Source: Candidatus Methylomirabilota bacterium
GTDB taxonomy: Bacteria > Methylomirabilota > Methylomirabilia > Rokubacteriales > CSP1-6
Length of the DNA stretch: 64,000 nt
Direction: 5' to 3'
NCBI GenBank assembly: GCA_046727415.1
Contig: JBKPCO010000021.1
Span: forward strand, 34,052 to 98,051
Below the pieces are notes generated by a model. That model was not told the origin of the DNA. It did not search any database and saw nothing but the letters and a program-made list of their open reading frames with translations. Each line of letters opens with the position of its first letter. Position 1 is the first letter of the stretch. Both the position numbers and the translations under genes were made by a program. Of this stretch, positions 59,415 to 64,000 are shown piece by piece.

Positions 59415-60080
59415 TCACGAGATCGGCCAGGCCTCGCGCCGCAGGCCCATGTCCCAGAACATCCACTCGTAACGGCTGGTTACCAGGAAGTGGCCGCGCA
59501 TCGCGTCGCGCTCGAACGGCGTCAGCCGCTCGGCCACCTGGTCGGTCGCGGCCAGCACGGCCCGAACGACGGCGCCGAACTCCTCGGAGGCGTAGGTACC
59601 GATCCAGCGTTTGTACAGGGGATCGGCGGAGCCGGCGCGTTCGAGCTCTTTCCCGACCTCCCAGTAGATCCAGTAGCAGGGCAGGAGTGCGGCCATCGCC
59701 TCGTGAAACGGGGCGCCGTACGCGACCGCCAGGAGGTAGCTTGTGTAGGCAAGGTTCGTCGGCGCCAAGGGGGTCGCGGCGACGTCGGCGGGCGTCAGCC
59801 CGAAGTCGCGAAAGAATCCTTCGTGGAGCGCGCGCTCCACTTTGAGGGCGCCGGCAGCGTGCTCGTTGAACATGATGATCCAGTCATCCTCGGGCGCCCG
59901 CGCGCCGGCGAGCGACAGCGCCCGGGCGAACTCGCGCAGGTAGAGCGCGTCCTGGACCGCGTAGAACTTGAAGCTCTCGCGTGGGAGCGAGCCGTCGGTG
60001 AGCCCGCGAAGGAACGGATGCCGCAGGATCGCAGCGTAGATCGGCTCGATCGACTGCCACAGCTCGCCCGTGAACGCCAT
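59415..60080 (-). CDS. TenA/THI-4-family thiaminase II / aminopyrimidine aminohydrolase-like protein.
   Basis: FLRGLTDGSLPRESFKFYAVQDALYLREFARAL and the CYWIYWEVG block. The start is the ATG at 60080, overlapping the upstream stop. Confidence 0.8.
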   Translation of the reverse strand: MAFTGELWQSIEPIYAAILRHPFLRGLTDGSLPRESFKFYAVQDALYLREFARALSLAGARAPEDDWIIMFNEHAAGALKVERALHEGFFRDFGLTPADVAATPLAPTNLAYTSYLLAVAYGAPFHEAMAALLPCYWIYWEVGKELERAGSADPLYKRWIGTYASEEFGAVVRAVLAATDQVAERLTPFERDAMRGHFLVTSRYEWMFWDMGLRREAWPIS

Positions 60081-60874
60081 CAGCGCCCCTTGAAGACTGG
60101 CTCGCGCTTGTCGACGAAGGCCCGGGCGGCCTCCCGATGGTCCTCGGTCATCCCGCACCGGGTATGGTGCCACGCTTCGAGATCGAGCGAATCCTTGAGG
60201 GTACCGCTCTCGGCGGCGTTGAAATTCCGCTTCATGTACTGGTACGCGATGCGCGGCCCGCGGCCGAGGCGCGCGGCCAGCGCCATCGTCTCTTCCTCGA
60301 GCCGCCCGTCGGGCACCACCCGGTTGACGATGCCGAGCGCCAGCGCCGTCTGGGCATCGACGATGTCGGCGGTGTAGTAGAGCTCCCGCGCCTTGGCGCT
60401 ACCCACGAGCTGCGTCAGGTACCAGCTTCCGCCGAAGTCCCCGGAGTAACCGACACGCGCGAACGCGGTCGCGAATCGGGCGGTGTCGCTCGCGACGCGC
60501 AGATCGCACGCCAGCGCCAGCGAGAGCCCGGCGCCGGCCGCCGCGCCGCGCACCATCGCGATCGTCACCTTCGGCATCTCGTGGAGCCAGCGCGAGACCT
60601 CCATGCGCGAGCGAAGCGCCTGCGCCTTTTCCTCGAGGGTCGTGCCACCGAACTCGCGTCCCTCCGCCATGGCCTTCACGTCGCCGCCGGCGCAGAAGCC
60701 GCGGCCCGCGCCAGTGAGCACCACGACGCCGACGGTCGGATCTTCGCCGAGCCGGGGCAGCGCCTCGAGCAGCGTGTCCAGCATCGGACCCGACATGGCG
60801 TTCAGCCGATCGGGCCGGTTCAGCGTGAGCACGGCGACTCCGTCCTTGACGGTTTCCAGCACATCCTCGGCCAT
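60080..60874 (-). CDS. Enoyl-CoA hydratase/isomerase (crotonase fold).
   Basis: VAVLTLNRPDRLNAM and the oxyanion-hole region VVLTGAGRGFCAGGDVK. 265 aa, starting at the ATG at 60874. Confidence 0.85.
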   Translation of the reverse strand: MAEDVLETVKDGVAVLTLNRPDRLNAMSGPMLDTLLEALPRLGEDPTVGVVVLTGAGRGFCAGGDVKAMAEGREFGGTTLEEKAQALRSRMEVSRWLHEMPKVTIAMVRGAAAGAGLSLALACDLRVASDTARFATAFARVGYSGDFGGSWYLTQLVGSAKARELYYTADIVDAQTALALGIVNRVVPDGRLEEETMALAARLGRGPRIAYQYMKRNFNAAESGTLKDSLDLEAWHHTRCGMTEDHREAARAFVDKREPVFKGR

Positions 60875-61101
60875 GGCGATCCTCCCGGAATGACAGTGTC
60901 GCGATGGTACTCCGAGCGCACTGAAGATCAAGTACTTGCGTCGCGGTTCGTGCACTGAGATGCACTGAGCGGAACCCGCGACGCTCCCTGGCGCTCCAGC
61001 CTTATAGACGTTCATCTTTAGGGCGATCACACCGACGAACATCAGCGTGATCTTTTTTCAGGTCGCCCTCCGAAAGCACTGAGCGTTCGTTGTTATCCTA
61101 G

Positions 61102-61323
61102 GTCCCACCCCACCGCCATCTTCTTGCCGACGAGATCGTGTTCATTCACAAGGGAAGCGCCGTTGTCAGACTTGGTGAACGCGAGTTGGTGGTCCATGAG
61201 GGAGGGACCGTCTTCATCCCTTGGAACGTGCGCATCACGCTCACGCTCGATACGTATGGCCGTCATATCCAGCGCACCGGCCATGATCACGTGGTCGCGG
61301 CGCTGGACAAGCTGGTGCGATAG
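61102..61323 (+). pseudogene. Truncated cupin-domain remnant.
   Basis: Cupin motif 1 (PPHRHLLADEIVFIHKG) and motif-2-like GGTVFIPWNV are present, but the in-frame run begins right after a TAG with no room for the N-terminal strands. The only start is the GTG at 61138. Confidence 0.3.
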
Positions 61324-61640
61324 TGCTGCAGATCGAACTCGACAGGCCCGACGAGCCGCACTGGCTCTCGAAGCCGAGGCGCGTTGCTCCGGCTGGTCAT
61401 CGGCCGGGCTCGCGTGCACTCGCAGCCGACCCCGCCGTCTTTTCGCCCCCAGGCGTGGAAGGATTCGGGGCAGGCTGAAGACTTCCCGCCTCGGGCAAGG
61501 TAGAGGTAGCACCCCGCGTTACGAAATTCATCTGCGCGCCTCCTGCGAATTTCGTCAACATCACTCCTGCTCCAAGAACGATTCGTCTGTCATGCGCTCG
61601 AGAAGTCACGCTGGCCTCGCTCGGCCTCAAGGGCCAGGCG

Positions 61641-61784
61641 ATGTTCAAGACCTTCTCATTCTTCAAGGCCCCCACGGACAACCGCAACTTCCACAAGGAG
61701 GGCATCCTCCTGGTCGAGTGGAGCCGTCGGCTCGCGCCGTGGAGCGACGTGAAGCTCATGTTGGAGGCGCGCGACCAGCCTTGA
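61641..61784 (+). CDS. Possible small protein (47 aa) upstream of the sterol genes.
   Basis: ATG MFKTFSFFKAPTDNRNFHKEGILLVEWSRRLAPWSDVKLMLEARDQP. Codon usage is GC3-rich and gene-like, but it is short and I see no homology. Confidence 0.2.
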   Translation: MFKTFSFFKAPTDNRNFHKEGILLVEWSRRLAPWSDVKLMLEARDQP

Positions 61785-61817
61785 CCGGGTTCCGGCCGGA
61801 CGGTAGAACGGGAGCCA

Positions 61818-62393
61818 GTGCGGTGGCGCCCCAGAGTGGCTCCGCTGTTCCAGCCGGACATTCTCCATGCAATCGCCCGGGGCGCTGTCGGCTTGCCTCA
61901 CGGCGAGATGGTGCGGCGCGTCACCGACGAGCTCGCCCGGCTCTACCCGGGCCACATCGAGACCCGTCCGAACTGGATGATGAGCCTTGCCGGTGGCGTG
62001 ACGGGCATCATGACCGTGCTTCACGGCTCGCTCTCCGAGTATGTGCTGATCTTCGGCACGCCAGTGGGCAGCGAAGGGTTCTCCGGTCGTTACAGGATCG
62101 AGATCCACGACTTCATGCTGGCCGGCGAGATGTGGACGTACACTGAGGCGGACTTCGCTGAGCGCCGCGCCTTCCGTCCCGGCGACGCGGCTGTCCTGCG
62201 GCGCGGCGAGGCCAAGGGTGTCAGGCTCAGCGAGGACACTTGGATGCTCGAATATGGCCGCGGCGCGATTCCGTCGGCGCTGCTGTTCGCGCTTGGCGAC
62301 GCGGTGATCGCCTTCGAGCTCCGGACCATCGCCCGGACGATCTGGACGTATGGCCGGCTGACGGTTCGGGAACTCCGCCGGGGCAAGATCTGA
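61818..62393 (+). CDS. ERG2/sigma-1-receptor-family protein (sterol C-8 isomerase-like).
   Basis: Collinear with sigma-1 receptor/ERG2: HGSLSEYVLIFGTPVGSEGFSGRY, EIHDFMLAGEMW and TWMLEYGRGAIPSALLFALGDAV. There is no N-terminal TM helix. The start is probably the GTG at 61818. Confidence 0.8.
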   Translation: MRWRPRVAPLFQPDILHAIARGAVGLPHGEMVRRVTDELARLYPGHIETRPNWMMSLAGGVTGIMTVLHGSLSEYVLIFGTPVGSEGFSGRYRIEIHDFMLAGEMWTYTEADFAERRAFRPGDAAVLRRGEAKGVRLSEDTWMLEYGRGAIPSALLFALGDAVIAFELRTIARTIWTYGRLTVRELRRGKI

Positions 62394-63619
62394 TGGCAAG
62401 CCGGCGGACGCTGGGTCCTCTCGTACTGATGGGGTGCCTGCCGCCGCTCACGTACTACTTCTATCTCTGCCTACGCGACTTTGGTGGTGCGCTCGCACTG
62501 CCCCGATCGGCGGCCGACCTGCACGACCTCACCGCCCGTGTGCCAGCACCGACGCTGCAGGCGCTGGCCCTCTACGGCGGCTGGGTCGTCCTCCAGGTCC
62601 TCTTGCAGGTGTGGGCGCCCGGACAGGTCCGGCAGGGCATGCCCCTCGACGACGGCTCGCGCTTCGCCTATCGGCTCAACGGGTGGTTCTCGTTCTGGGT
62701 CACCCTCGCCTTCGTGGCCGCCGCCGTCGCCGCCGGGGTGCTGTCACCCACCGCGGCCTACGACGAGTTCGGGCCGCTCCTCACCACTGTGAACCTGGTC
62801 GCGTTCGCCCTGGCCGCCGCGCTGTACGTGCAAGGCCGCCGCGCCGGCTCGACGACCGGTGATCCGATTCGCGACTACTTCATGGGGACGACGCTGAACC
62901 CTCGCGTGGGCGGGTTCGATGTAAAGTTCTTCTGCGAGAGCCGGCCCGGCCTCATCCTCTGGGTCGTGTTCAACCTGTCGTTCGCCACCGCGCAGCACCA
63001 GCGACACGGCACGGTGACGCTCGCGATGCTGCTGGTCAACGCGTTCCAGTTCCTTTACGTCGCCGATTACTTCTTCCATGAGGAAGCGATCCTCACGACC
63101 TGGGACATCAAGTATGAGCGCTTCGGCTGGATGCTCGCCTGGGGCGATCTCGTATGGGTGCCGTTCACCTACACCCTCCAGGCCTACTACCTTGTGGATC
63201 ACGCGCCCGCGCTGTCCCCGGCGGCCACCGCCGGCATCGTGGCCCTCAATCTGGCGGGCTACGTCCTCTTCCGCGCGTCCAACATCCAGAAGCATCGATT
63301 CCGCCGTGACCCCGAGGCACCGTTGTGGGGGCGGGCTCCGGAGTATATCCGCACCACCGCCGGCTCGCTGCTCCTGACCTCCGGTTGGTGGGGCATCGCC
63401 CGCCACGTGAACTATCTCGGCGACCTGGTGATGGCGCTCGCGTGGTGCCTGCCGACCGGTTTCCGTCATCCGCTGCCCTACTTCTATGTCGTCTACATGA
63501 CGGTCCTGCTCCTTCATCGCGAGCGGCGCGACAATGCAGTCTGCCGCGAGAAGTACGGTGCGGACTGGAACGCGTATTGCCGGAAGGTCCCCTGGCGGAT
63601 CCTTCCCGGAGTCTATTGA
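62393..63619 (+). CDS. ERG4/ERG24-family sterol reductase (delta-14/delta-7/delta-24-reductase family).
   Basis: Multi-TM protein with the sterol-reductase C-terminal signature LLTSGWWGIARHVNYLGDLVMALAWCLPTGF...PYFYVVYMTVLLLHRERRDNAVCREKYGADWNAYCRKVPWRILPGVY. The ATG overlaps the upstream stop (ATGA). Confidence 0.85.
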   Translation: MASRRTLGPLVLMGCLPPLTYYFYLCLRDFGGALALPRSAADLHDLTARVPAPTLQALALYGGWVVLQVLLQVWAPGQVRQGMPLDDGSRFAYRLNGWFSFWVTLAFVAAAVAAGVLSPTAAYDEFGPLLTTVNLVAFALAAALYVQGRRAGSTTGDPIRDYFMGTTLNPRVGGFDVKFFCESRPGLILWVVFNLSFATAQHQRHGTVTLAMLLVNAFQFLYVADYFFHEEAILTTWDIKYERFGWMLAWGDLVWVPFTYTLQAYYLVDHAPALSPAATAGIVALNLAGYVLFRASNIQKHRFRRDPEAPLWGRAPEYIRTTAGSLLLTSGWWGIARHVNYLGDLVMALAWCLPTGFRHPLPYFYVVYMTVLLLHRERRDNAVCREKYGADWNAYCRKVPWRILPGVY

Positions 63620-63620
63620 C

Positions 63621-64000
63621 GTGGGGGACCCGCAGGCGTTCGACGTCATCATCGCCGGTGGCGGCATGGCCGGAGGCTCGGTGGCCGCCGCGCTGGACCG
63701 CCTCGGCCTCCGCACGCTCGTCGTCGAGCCCGGGCTCGACAGCAGCAAGCGCTTGGCCGGCGAGCTGATCCACCCGCCGGGCGCGGCCAACCTGGCCGAG
63801 CTCGGCCTCCTGGGCTCCCTGGAAGCGGCTGGCGGCGCGCCGGTGCTCGGCTTTGCCGTCGTCGGCGACGGGCAGTCCCATCGCTTGCCCTACGCATCCC
63901 TAGGCACGTTGCGCCTAACCGGATTCGCGATGGAGCACGCCGCCATCGCGTCGACCCTTCGCGCCGCCGTTGCTCGCCTCCCTCACGTCGCGGTGTGGGA
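63621..64000 (+). CDS. Squalene-monooxygenase-like FAD-dependent oxidase (5' part; it runs off the window).
   Basis: The GTG is 1 nt after the reductase stop. FDVIIAGGGMAGGSVAAALDRLGLRTLVVE is a dinucleotide-binding motif, followed by RLAGELIHPPGAANLAELGL, which closely mirrors the squalene epoxidase RIVGELLQPGG...LGL block. Confidence 0.6.
   Translation, partial: MGDPQAFDVIIAGGGMAGGSVAAALDRLGLRTLVVEPGLDSSKRLAGELIHPPGAANLAELGLLGSLEAAGGAPVLGFAVVGDGQSHRLPYASLGTLRLTGFAMEHAAIASTLRAAVARLPHVAVW

Overview
This 64 kb window is high-GC (about 68-70%) bacterial chromosomal DNA. It is densely coding, with about 65 genes and many 1-4 nt start/stop overlaps. No rRNA, tRNA or CRISPR array was recognised. 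The gene content looks Gram-negative (MlaA/MlaC, MsrPQ, TAT and lipoprotein signals). The sigma-54/NtrC regulator, HD-GYP protein, imuA-imuB-dnaE2 cassette and two selenoproteins are most consistent with a deltaproteobacterial/myxobacterial-like or related high-GC lineage, but that placement is inference.

Main blocks, in order:
- copC plus a tandem-GNAT gene.
- A tungsten aldehyde:ferredoxin oxidoreductase operon (GYD protein, 4x[4Fe-4S] ferredoxin, FAD oxidoreductase, AOR), flanked by two of three HIBADH-family dehydrogenase paralogs.
- A drug/metabolite (EamA/DMT) transporter.
- A candidate UGSC-type selenoprotein with an in-frame TGA and a SECIS-like hairpin.
- An FGGY kinase-pgl-zwf operon.
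- An imuA-imuB-dnaE2 mutagenesis cassette whose dnaE2 carries a 423-aa LAGLIDADG intein.
- ettA, rnd, ridA and metH.
- A roughly 12 kb same-strand signalling operon: NtrC-like regulator, sigma-54 promoter, Pro/Ala-rich protein, HD-GYP regulator, CheY, two SAM methyltransferases, GNAT, and two GAF histidine kinases.
- phnA.
- An oxidative-repair cluster: a candidate UxxC selenocysteine TlpA-like redoxin, a two-component system, and msrPQ.
- mlaC, a frameshifted MFS gene, a haloalkane dehalogenase, tenA and an enoyl-CoA hydratase.
- At the 3' end, a eukaryote-like sterol-modification cluster (ERG2/sigma-1-like isomerase, ERG4/ERG24-family sterol reductase, squalene-epoxidase-like gene running off the window).

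The most notable points are the two candidate selenoproteins, the intein, the sterol cluster and the large sigma-54-linked signalling operon. Coordinates for starts are computed from the supplied ORF track plus my residue counts; several starts, noted below, are uncertain.
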